A stretch of 55,899 bases of DNA, filler included, from Dirinaria sp. TL-2023a (taxonomy: Eukaryota): assembly GCA_051941275.1 (NCBI GenBank). It is 5 parts of 5 records of this genome, joined end to end, with 100 filler letters (N's around TTAATTAATTAA, not from the genome) between each part and the next. Parts side by side here need not be neighbours in the genome. Positions count along the whole stretch, not along the records: positions 11,212 to 22,320 come from JAVEBF010000876.1; positions 22,421 to 33,528 come from JAVEBF010000877.1; 3 more parts are not named here. The stretch is one strand, 5' to 3'. The position numbers and the translations under genes are program-made. The notes under the pieces were generated by a model. It was not told where the DNA came from. It saw only the letters and a list, made by a program, of their open reading frames with translations, and searched no databases. Below, in pieces: positions 11,616 through 22,904 of the stretch (position 1 is the first letter of the stretch; every line of letters begins with the position of its first letter).

Positions 11616-12826
11616 TGCTGCGTTTGGGGATTGTTGAGGGGGGATGATTGGTGGGGTTTTGAGTGAGAAGTGAAGAGAAGAGGTAAGGTCTTTGGAGGGT
11701 TTGGAATGGTTGGCCGGTTATGGAGAATTGGTTTGGGCACGAGGAACAAAGAAGTGGATTTTTTTTTTGGCCGCTTCCGAGTTTGAAGTACGAGAGGTGA
11801 CAATCGTGTGCTGCGTATTATTGCGGGAACGTGCAGAATTGAGGAGTTTAAAGGGAAGGTAGTAAGGTAGTGAAGCAGCAACACGAAAGAGAGAAGTCAC
11901 AGCTGAGGAAAAAAAACTTATGATTCGGCAGGAACCACGTGAACATAAACACACACATACACATACACTGTTCTATTCAATGTCCGTTACATGATTACTA
12001 TCACAGCCCTAGGTAAGGTAATGATCATCCTCCGAGACGTTGCCCCTCAAAACGTGCTCAAAACGGTGCCTAGATTCCATCTTGAGGATCAGGCATTGCT
12101 CCGATCCACGTTACCTTATTCAGCGTCAAACGGCGAGAGTGGCACTAGATGGGGGCTGATACATAAGAAGATAAGGTAGTCAGCTGATCAAGTTGATGCG
12201 GTGAGACCGAAGATGAAATGATCAGGTGTTCGGTTAGGGAGTCCATCCTCGGTGGAACAGAAGGATTGGCGATAGATTTTGGGGTTGAGGGAGTTTGAGG
12301 GAGTTTGAGGGAGTTTTTTTCTTCAGCGTCTAAATCCTTGTTCTCGCTTGTCATGCACGGTTAGGGCTTGCTAAGCATTTGGGGGCCGGGCGTTTTACGC
12401 GGGTGCATCACTCGATAGTAAGGTAATACGAAGTATCGTCCCCCTAGCGTACGTACATCATGGCAGGTAGCGTAGTACTGAAACAGGGAAAGGTGGCGGA
12501 TTTGATTCGATCATCGAATCTCGCATCAATGATGGTACCATCCAGATAAATCTCTTTCGGAGCCTTTTTGTAGTGATAGTGTGGTCCCGCGCAGGTGGTA
12601 AGGCGTGCTCTCAGCTCTGGCCGCAGGTACCCAGCCTTGACTTCCTACCCGAGCCTGATATCATAAAGAGATTCTAGGCAGGTACAGTAATTAAGGTAGT
12701 TACTCTCTGGACGCCTCGCTGTGCGCCTAGGTTCCATTGAAACCGTCATTTCTAGCCTTAAAGAATAGCACTTGCATCATCATAGCCATGCTCGAAACTC
12801 CTCCATGTGATGTAGAACCAGTTTGA

Positions 12827-13449
12827 CTAATGTTCTTCCAATTGCGCATACCGGCCCACCAACAGCTCGCCTAAGAATATACCGCCCATGACAGACATAA
12901 AGTAGCCGACATTGAATGTCATCACCGCCAACATCCTGTAGCATCGTTAGTCTTCCGCCTCGAGAAGGTTCCTCTGATCGCCACTCACAGCAAATACTGC
13001 ACTCCGCTCAGCACCATCACGTACGCCGCCCGGGGCAGGTCGACGCTGAACCTCCAAGGAACCACGCCTTTGCGCTTCCTTCGCACTACTCGTACGTGCT
13101 CTTCCACTCCCCGCTCCGTGATCAGAGTTCCGGTTTTGGCCCGAGAGTCGCTGTTGATGCGCTCCACTTCGGTCGGAGTGCCTCTAACGCTGACATATCT
13201 CCGATTGAGCTCATTGTCCAGCCAACGGTGTTCAAGTAAGTGCTTTCCCGCGGCGAGGCACCGGGAGATGGTGGCAAGGACGATGAGGAAGATGCAGGTG
13301 CCGGCGTAGGAGCCTGTCGTCGCCGGCGTCCAAGCCGTTGAATAGAGAGGTGTGGAGGTGATGGTAGTAAAGACGTTCGACATCATGGAAGACATGGTGG
13401 TGTTGGATGTGGACTGCGAGTCCGTGGAAGACATGGAAGACATATCCAT
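12827..13449 (-). CDS. Ctr-family copper transporter (about 189 aa, 2 exons)
   Basis: Met-rich N-terminus (MDMSSM..MSSMM), TPLYSTAWTP..YAGTCIFLIVLA and PWRFSVDLPRA. Intron 12988-12936 (GTGAGT..CTAAC..CAG) joins YLL to MLAVMTFNVGYFMSVMGGIFLGELLVGRY, which carries the MxxxM and GxxxG motifs. Confidence 0.93.
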
Positions 13450-14400
13450 TGTATGTAGAGCGTGGTTGTGACTGAAAAGAAACAAAGGAGCTTTCGGTTG
13501 TAGAGGGTACCTAGTAATCCTTTGAACTGTTGGGTGAAGGCTTTCAAGGTGGCATGGGACCACAAAAGTAGATACTGTTGGCTCGGAGGCGCAGGCACAG
13601 GGGCGGGGCGTCCGGGAAGGCGTCCATGATGGGTGGGTGATGGGACGTTGAAGCCATCAGTTCAATGTAGGAAAAACTTGCTCAATTGACCGCAACTACC
13701 CTAGTGTGGTGGCATTCGGAGCACGATTTGTGTCACGATTCTACCTATGGATAAACTGTGACACACTAATGAGGAAAGTGCAACCGCTCTTGTCCAGGGT
13801 CATGGTTGGATTTAGTCCGGATCAGGTAAAGTAGCCGAGTACTTGAACTCAGTCGTAAGTACATTCGTACAGTATCTTACATCTTCCATGTACCTGAGTC
13901 TGGACTGTTCTTTGTCACCAGGAGAATGAATCAATGGAAGGTCGGGTGGCACATGTTCATTACTTTACCTACGTTACCTGACCTTATCATTACCTTCCCT
14001 TATCACTTACCCACTGTACCTTCCATTGTGATTCCCCTGCCTCCCCATCCAATCAGCCTCAGCCTACCGAAGTAAGTTACCTCAGTTGAGGTCGGTCCAG
14101 TTTCCCACCGAGTAATGAAACCACTTCCGTTCCATCCCAACCTTTGTGCTATCTCGTCTTCCTCTCTCTCTTCATTCTTTATTTGACCTGACAGTGACTT
14201 TGTTCTCTACTCTTCAAGTTTCCTGAGTTATTGCAGTGCTCCCGTTTCTCTTTATAACTTCGAATTTGGATCGTGCAATCTCTGGGCCGACAAATGGACA
14301 GAGTGGGTTAGCGACAGGTGCATATTCTGTCCTTGAACGCTATCAATCCATCGTCATAGTTCTCGATAGGGCCCGAAGACGAAAACCTTTGACCGCCAGC

Positions 14401-16623
14401 ATGGATATGTCGGGTATGAGCATGGGGAGCGAAATGGGCGGCATGTCCATGGGGAGCGGCGTCCCCAACCTCTTCTATCTGCAGAAGATGTTTTGGGCTG
14501 TCGTTGGAGCTGCTATAGGGCTTGCTACGGCAGTCAATGTGTACAATGAGCTTCTTTGCAGGCAAAGGTAAGCATCTTCCGGCTGTCAGCCATGATGCAT
14601 CTAATTATGTCTCAGGATATCCGCCGCTCGTCGTGGTCACAGTGCACCCGCAAAGCCAACAGCTTTCCTTCCGTCGAGTGTAGCCACCACTGCGGCCATA
14701 TGCCGCGAGGCAAGCTATTCTAGTATACCTATCAGGCTCACGCCGAAGCTCTACTGGTCGACACCACAATTTGGACGTGTGTTACTCGTGCTTGCAGAGT
14801 TTGTCGTTGTAATTGTGCTCTGTTTCTACAAGCTGCACCCTAAGGATCAGTGGCAATGGGAGGACATCGGATACCGCACGGGCTTTATCGCCAGCTGCCA
14901 ATTGCCCCTGATCGTCCTCCTTGCTGGTAAAAACAATATTGTCGGCTTTCTCGTCGGTACGAGCTATGAGAGACTGAGCTGGCTGCATCGATGGGCGGCA
15001 AGAATCCTGCTCTTGACCGTCACATTACACATGGGCTACTGGTTTGCAGATTGGTACCGTTATGATTACATCAAAGTCAAGCTCACAACAGACGCGATCA
15101 CGAAGAGAGGCTTCGCCGCGTGGGTTATCTTGGTATGGATTGTCTTCAGCTCCATGGCTCCGGTCAGAAGATGGAACTACGAGTTTTTCGTTGTGCAACA
15201 CATCATCACTTACGCAGGTTTTCTGGCATCTGTGTATCTGCACCTTCCGGCAGAGGTGAAAGTCTGGGTGTGGATTACTATTGGACTGGTCATCCTAGAC
15301 CGCACCATACGCACTTTTACGGTCTTGTACACCAACACCCTGGTCCTCCATCAGGCCAAGCGCGAGGGTTTCTGGGCCAGTAAAGCGACTTTCGAGCCCT
15401 TGGATGCGGAGACTACGCGCATTGTCATCTCAAAGCCTCCCCTTAGCTGGAAAGCAGGCCAGCACGTGCTGTTGTCATGCCACACCATTGCGCCTTTACA
15501 ATCCCATCCTTTCACAATCGCTTCCATACCCTCCGACGGGAAAATGGAGTTCCTGATCAAGTCCAAAAATGGAGGCACTAGACGATACCTTCGACATGCA
15601 GAGAAGCAATTGGGCTTGCCCATCACAGATACTCCAGTGGAATTGCGCCATCGAAGTGCAGTCACGCTCGAAGGGCCTTATGGACGAATCAGGCCTTTGC
15701 AACAATTCGATAGCGTGATGTTCGTCGCAGGCAGCAGTGGAGGAACTTTCACCGTACCTCTGCTGCGAGAAATCGTACGTCTTTGGAAGACCGGAGGAAG
15801 AGACACGGACTCGCCGTGGTCCTTGTTCAATCCACGAGGTTTTGTAACAAGATATGTAAGATTTATCTGGGTCGTTAAGTCTCGAGCGCAGTACAAATGG
15901 TTCTCCCACCAGCTCATAAATGCTATCGAAGATGTCGAGTTTCTCAGAAGCCAGGGACAGGATGTCGAGCTGGAGATCAGTATCTACGTCACTTGTGACC
16001 AAGACTTCGTCAGCGGCACCAAAGGCGTACCTCAGCAGAGCGGCTGCGATCTGAGGCAAGATCAGCCTGCAAAACCATCCTCAACCCGCCTCCCAATGCC
16101 ACAGCGTGAGGAGAACAGAGAGGATGACATTTCTTCCCAGCCGCGCTCGCACCCTGTAGCCGAGCCGGAGCCAAAAGCATCTTGTGGACCCGACGGTACA
16201 TGCTGCTGCCAAACGACTATTGAGGACGAGGATGGCATAAAGTCCACAAACGCCGCGTGCGAATGCTGCTGCTCGAACTCGAGAGATCTCGCACTCAGTG
16301 ATGAGAAAAAACCAACGCCAGTAGTGGAATCCATCAGCTCTGATCAGAACTCTGACCGATCCTTGACATGGGCGAACGCAAACAGAATAGATTCCTCCCC
16401 GCGTGCCGAGATCTTGATGTTATCGGGTCGTCCTCAGCCCAAGAATCTCATCCGGAAGACGTTGGAGCAAGCATTGGGCGAGAGCGCGGTGGTCGTCTGT
16501 GGGCCCAAAGGACTCGTGGCGAATGTTCGACAGAGCGTCGTGAGCCTCAGCGATGAGAGGGCTATACATAAGGGGACCGGCGCCCAGGGGGTATACTTGC
16601 ATGCCGAGGCTTTCGATTACTGA
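14401..16623 (+). CDS. Ferric/cupric reductase (FRE family, about 724 aa, 2 exons)
   Basis: Exon 1 14401-14567, intron 14568-14615, exon 2 in frame with ORF 14779-16623. Heme-His motifs (WLHRWAAR..LHMG, YEFFVVQH), FAD motif HPFTIAS, EGPYG, NADPH motifs VAGSSGGTF and VVVCGP, and C-terminal HAEAFDY. Confidence 0.93.
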
Positions 16624-17734
16624 ACCCAAAAAAAAAAAAAACCGTGTACATGGATACGATGCTTCATCAGATGTAGAGCATTGCGATATCGAAACGGGCT
16701 TGGCGCACACAGGGACCTGGTTCTCATTCGAGTGGGAGTGGAGGGGGGGAAATCAATGTGCATGCATAATAGCGCAGGCGTTGGGTTGGGTCTTGAAGAA
16801 TAATGGAAGTGCAGATACCCCCAAGCAAAGCAAATCACATATTATATCATTTGATAAATGTCTGTTGTTGATACGATCGATCCTCATCGTGCGATAAGTA
16901 AGTTAGCCGCAGGCAGATTACGAGCAAATTCAGCTTTTCAGCATGTGATTAAAGGAAAACTCTCGACTGGTCAGATCAAGAAATCTAATTAGGTAAAGAA
17001 AAGCCTGCTTGCATCATCTTTCTTTCCTTTTTTTTTCTTATTTTATGTAATATAAAGTTCCGTGCTACGGTAATAAGCAAGGCGAGTCTTTGATGATGGG
17101 AGGGGCAAAAGGAAGGGGGAATACTAAGGTAAGGTAAGTAAAAATCACGATATAAATGATGTGCTTGACGTGGACTATAGCACCTTACCCCCATCCTTCC
17201 TTCGTCTCATTTCAATCCAAAACCCCAGATTCTTAAATTATTTGTTTTCTCTTCTCTCTACTTTACGAAATCCGAAAGAGAAGAATATCGAACACTAAGT
17301 AAGATACGCGATGTGAATATGGATATGAAGGTAAGGTAGTTGAAAGAGGATCCTTTAATTATTCCGTATCCATTCCATCCATACCCTCTCTCTGTCTCTC
17401 AAACCTATCCTGTTCTTCGTTCAAAGATATACATACATACACACAGACACTGTCGAGGCCCCCGCGGGTCTTCCATTTGGATCCTTACAAACCTCCCTTC
17501 CTTCCTTCCTCTTCTTATTCTATGGGACAACTGCCGTGCTCCCTCCCTGTCTCTCGGAAAAGATGAAGAGAGCAGAATCTTCATCTCGATCCCAGTTCAG
17601 GTATCTGGTTTCTGGTTTCCAACACCGACTCTCCTTCTCTTCCTTTCCTTTCCTTTCCTCCACCTACAATCCGCTTATGGTCTGCTGCAACGGGACCACC
17701 AACTCACCGCGACCACCGAAGAAAACGCTGCTTC

Positions 17735-17799
17735 CTTCCTCCTCCTCCTCCTCATGGTCCTCCTCCTCCTCCTCCTCCTCCTCCTCCGCCGCCGCCGCC
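17735..17799. repeat. (CCT)n followed by (CCG)n microsatellite
   Basis: Interrupted CCT triplet run followed by a CCG run, between the fre and areA 3' ends. Confidence 0.85.
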
Positions 17800-18476
17800 A
17801 CTGCCCATCTGCGCGCTTGCCCGCCTCGATGCAGCGCAGGAGGGGGAGAAAAACCATAAAATAAAAAGCAAAAACACAGTGAACAAAAAAGTCAGGAGGG
17901 GGAAAAAAGTGTCAGCCCCCACCCGCGCGGAACCGCCAAGTAAAATCGACTTTGCGCACTTCTAGCACCGCCTCGGAAAATTGCGGGCTAGACGCGGTTG
18001 TATCAAATTTCAAACTTCTGTATTCTTCCCCCATATCATGGTTGCCCCCCGGTTATTCGTTGTGGAGATCCGAGAGGGAGAAAAAAAGAAAGAAAAGAAA
18101 ACCGCCCCCGATGGGAAAACATAGGAAGGTTTGTGCGACTTGGACACCGGACCCAAATGCCTATGTGATGCTGGAAGGGGGAAAAAAGAGAGAGAAAGAA
18201 AAAAAGGGTTGTATGTGCGCCTGTGTGCGCCGAACGCCGCTTGATGATGATGATGATGATCAAGGGTATCTTGTCGTGGTATATCCATGTGCATCGATGT
18301 GAGAGAGAGGATGAAAGATAGGACCAGGGTTCATCGAGGTTAAGGTGTGGTACGTATATCAACTTTGGGGGTTGATTGATAGATCGGGTGCTGTCGGAAG
18401 CAGCTTTCGAGCAGAAGATTGCCAAAAGGCGTGCCAAAATGACAATCAAGCCTTTTGCGAGCTTGGAGCTACCGGA

Positions 18477-21369
18477 TCAAAGGCTCATGGTCAACCACTC
18501 CCATTCTGCCTGACCGCTGACAGGCCCTCCGCCAGCGGTGATAGGTTGCTGACCATTTGCCACCGTGCCGAAGCCTTGCATAGGCATACCGCTGCTTGCC
18601 CGCTGTTGCTGAAGGCCTGACGACGGTTTCTTGGACGAAGTCGGCGACATTGGCTTGCCACTCGTACCTTCTGCGTCGGCCATTTGCTCCTCCGCTCGGC
18701 TTCCTTGCCTCTCGTGCCTTCGCTGCCGCTTAGGAGCTACGGCAGCTACTGATCTATTGGCTGCATTGCTGACCGGCACAATCGGTGTAGGTTTCGGTGG
18801 AGCAGCGGCAATAGGCACAACACCTCCCTTCCCAGGAGCAGCTCCGTAGCTCGTAGGGGTGCTGCCGGCTGTGGATCCTCCGTTCGCAGAGCCTTGGGCA
18901 GACGGAGGGGATGCCGAGTCGTTCACACTCGGAGGCTTGGCAGAAGTTGGAGTCGTTGCTGGTGTCTGGTGTATGGAATTCTTGCGTGCGCCCTTTTTGG
19001 TCGAGCGTGTACTCGTACCAATCGGTAGCTGGTGGCCACTGCCTCGATTTCGCTTCTTGATCACATCGGTCTTAAGGGAGAGGGGGCGAACAACACCGTG
19101 AAGCTTGAGGAATAGACCGCACGCATTACACAGGGGGTGGCCTTCTGGGTTTCGGCGCCAAAGTGGGGTTGTTTGTGTGAAGCAGTTCGTGCAGGTCGTG
19201 GGCACTCCGTTGTTTTCGCCGTTCTTCGGACCACCAGGGCTGCCGGGGCGAGAGGGAGCTACACTACTGTATCCAGACGGAGGTGGAGAATTTGGAGATG
19301 ATTGGGGTCTGGCATGCATGTGGTGTTGCTGACTGAGTTGTACCGCATTTGGTGTGGAGCTGATTCGGGGAATCTTCTGATTCCTCTGCGCTTCGTTCCC
19401 TCCATATCGGATGTCACTTACGGATGTGGTTGATCCGTGGCCGCGGTGCAGCCCACCGCCGTTCGTCCAGTCCTGCGGCGACGAGACCATCTCTGTTCCT
19501 CCAATTGTTACTTGCTTTCGAGGCAGACCGTTGGGATATCGTGCCGCCGTGTTATTCAGACTGCTACCTATGGACGGGTCCCAAGCCACAGAGTTCTGCA
19601 TGTCAAACGAGGGGTCTTCCATGGGCGAATACTCCAACTGCATCATCATGGATGGATCTTGGAAACTATTGCTCTCTTCATCCTCGTTTTCCGAATCACC
19701 TCCAAAGGAGAACATGTTGTCCTGACGGGCAGCGTTCATGGCTGGGGAATGCGTCCCCGAATATCCGGCCTGCAGGACGTGAGAAGGATTGATGTGTTGC
19801 TGCATTGAGAAAGTAGGGGCGCTCATGTTGCTTGTAGAGGCGGTGCCTGACGTAGTCACAGCGCTGAACATCTGTTCGTTATTTGGATTGTAGATGTATC
19901 TTGGCTGCATATTTGACAGTTGCGAAGGCCGACCTGCGGAATAGTTTGCCACTTGACGTTGCTGACCGTCGAAATACATTTGTTCCTTGTCATGCAGCGG
20001 TTGCGGAGTGGAAGTCGTCGAGGGGTAAGCGGAGCCCGGAGGAGAGTAGTAATCTGAAGAATTTAGGGATGATCCTACAGGAGTATGTTTGTATCGCGGA
20101 TATGGTCCATGCGGGGCGATCGGAGAAGCAGTTGGCGAGAAGGTGAAATCTTGTTGAAAAGGGCCGGCAGAGTGTAGTATGGGGTCGTCGCTGATGCCAA
20201 AGGTGTCAATTGGAAATGGGACGTTGGAGTAGCTGTTCACATGCACAGGATACTGAGTTTGTTGTGCTGACGGATCCAAGGTGTAGTCCGATAAACCATC
20301 AGGCTCGTTCGATACAGGAATATTGTTTGTAGGCTGGATCTGAGGAGAGAACTGAGCTGGGCGCTTCTTTGACTGTATTCGCCAAGTCAGTCAAACATAT
20401 CTTGCACATCCGTGTAGAACACAATACAGACCCTCGTCTCATCGATACTGGTCTTGCGCACTCGTCGCTGTACATATCCGAACTCATTGGCCCTTGTTCG
20501 ATCATGCGACGGGGCTGATGGTGGGAAGGCAGGATGCGGCTGTTCTTGCACGCCCTTTTTGGTCTTGATTGGTATAGCTGAAGCCATGGCTGCAGACGGC
20601 GCTGCTGCTAATTCGGAGGGAGGAGAGGGGGACAGCCCAGCAGGAGAAGCAACGGAGGTAGGGAAGATGTAGTCATCGATGTTCATGGGATCATCCTGAG
20701 CATTGTTTGTGTCGTTGTGTGAACTTCGTAATCGAGCGATTCCCGACGGCATGGTCGGCGCGCTCGTAGCTTGTGAATTTAGTCTACAGCGAGCTGTTAG
20801 CCAGAGCTAGTCGCAGAACTGAAAGACAGCACGTCGGCCAGAGCATACCGTGCCTGTTCCCGCTCCTTGCGCTTCAAATTCATGGCCATCATCCTCCACG
20901 TCAAATTCTCCATGCGCTCATGATTCGGCAGTTTCGTTTTCGTCTTACTGTACAACTTCCATATTTGCGTGCCTAGAGGGTCTCTCTTCTGCATCTCCTC
21001 AGGATGTTCGAGATCAGTACTAGCGGCATCATCTTTCCAGTCGGGGAAGAAAGCCTCGCGGAGCAGGTCCTTGCGGGCATTGTTGGTCTGTTGCGAGAGA
21101 TCCAGGTTGGCGCGAGGGGAATCGTCCGGAACTGGCGATACAGCGGACACCTGCCGAGGCTGCGATGACGAAAGATGAGATGGATTCGACGTTCGTGAAG
21201 TTTGTGGGGAAGCGGCGGATGGAGGGACATGGTGGTGGTGCTGATTGCCTGAAGATGGCCCTATTAAGGCCTCGAACTCTGCATTCGACTGGGTGGCTGC
21301 ATGTGCTGGACCCCCACGCGCTCCTCCGGATTGCGCTCGTTTACTCATTGTACTGGCAGAAGCCATCAT
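18477..21369 (-). CDS. areA: Nitrogen regulatory GATA factor AreA/NIT2 (3 exons)
   Basis: [25 protein letters not shown] domain. GATA finger [50 protein letters not shown]. Diagnostic C-terminus EWEWLTMSL. Introns 20848-20784 and 20431-20373 join to [11 protein letters not shown]. Confidence 0.97.
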
Positions 21370-21872
21370 GCTCGTCCGGCTGGACAGGACTCGAGGATAC
21401 AGCGGGTCGCCGACTCGCTCACTGGGGGCGGGGAGGGGGATGATGGCGATGGAGGGGCTTCAAAGGAGCGGACGACGCTCGCCTCCGCGCGTGTTGCTCA
21501 GTCGCTTGGTCGCCTATTTGCTCTCATAGTGCCACCAGGGATAGTACCGAGTACCGACAGAGAGGGTGGAGCCTTGTAAGAGGAAATAAGGTAAGAATAA
21601 TTGGTAGACGGTGTTGGTTGGACGGATGTCTATTCTCTTGCTACTGGTCTAAGAGGAGTCTAGGGGCAGTTCTAGGGGACGGTCTGGGAGCGTCTTTCAA
21701 TTAGCCACACACATACACTGACCCCTGCGGAACGCAGCAAAACGGGTGCATCAATTGGCAGCGGGCTAATGTGCACAATATCAATGTGATGAGTGGTGAC
21801 TGGTGGGCGAGGTCTGCGAACCTAAGCCGTGGAAGGGGACCGAGGTTTTTTCTTTTTTTTTTTTTTTTTTTT

Positions 21873-22320
21873 TTGGAAGAACAACCTTCTTGCATGCTAT
21901 TATGAATCAGGTTCTCGTTTTTCATGCAGAATGAACGTCTCTATCTACTCTGTCAAACGAAACGAGTAAAGGAAATGGTTTGAAGATGATCGTATCATCG
22001 GCATGGAATGACACTTTTTATAGTTTGGATCTTTTAACTTTTCGATTGAGCACGTCTGGGTTTTTGCTCAAAGAAGCAGTATACTGACATAGAAGATATG
22101 TCAGGCGGCGAAGATGTGATTAAAGGAGATCTTGTTTGACGTCTTATCTAAAGCATGAGACGTGCTAGATGACTATCTTATTATCTTTGCATGGTCTAGT
22201 GGGAAGCATAGAAAAGAGGGTAAAAGCGGTTATTAAGTCAGATACGTGGTATACCAAGTACTAAACCTCCAAAATTTTTGGTATGTATAGTATAATATAA
22301 TGTCAAACACATACCAAAAT
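21873..22320 (+). mobile_element. Decayed Tc1/mariner-type DNA transposon, 3' part of the transposase
   Basis: Reading across frameshifts gives YES..FMQ (21921), KWFEDDRIIGME*, YSLDL..IEHVW..LKEAVY and an intact C-terminus SIEKRVKAVIKSDTWYTKY* (TAA 22262-22264). This matches the Tc1 pattern FMQDNA..WPxxSPDLNPIE..SMxxRxxAVIxxxGxxTKY. Confidence 0.8.
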
Positions 22321-22420
22321 NNNNNNNNNNNNNNNNNNNNNNNNNNNNNNNNNNNNNNNNNNNNTTAATTAATTAANNNNNNNNNNNNNNNNNNNNNNNN
22401 NNNNNNNNNNNNNNNNNNNN
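22321..22420. other. Artificial contig linker
   Basis: 44 N + TTAATTAATTAA + 44 N. Confidence 0.98.
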
Positions 22421-22904
22421 GGTGTGTGCTTAGCTGGAGCCAAAAAAAAAAAACAACGGCCAAAACGTGTTTCAACTTAAAAAAAAAAAAAAGAAAGAAT
22501 ACCACAGCTCACCGCAACAAATCACCTCTACTGCCCAAGGCTATCTTATATCTTCTTCCATAAGGCGATATGCATATAACTTACATCTCCCACATCCATC
22601 CACCACTCTCTTCATCGGCATCCCATCATACCTGAATCCGCGCACTTGCTCGAAGAAAAAAAAAAAAAAAGAAAGGCCTACAGTAATGCGCTGATAGCGT
22701 TATAGAATCCAAAAAAAAAAAAAAAAAAAAATTTATACAAGATGTGGCATCCCCTGAAAACGCCGTCGCCATGAAGCGTCCTTATAATTTTCCAATGCAA
22801 TGCTTCCTCCTTCCTCAGTCCCTCCCAAAATGCTCCATATGCATCTCCTGTAACCTGTGCCCTTTGAATGCTGTAGATCTTGCTTTTTTGAAATACGATG
22901 CCTT

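Noticed and set aside
17340..18449. Poly-Leu, poly-Ser, poly-Arg and poly-His ORFs downstream of areA
   Set aside because: These are translations of CCT/CCG/GAT microsatellites and homopolymer tracts.
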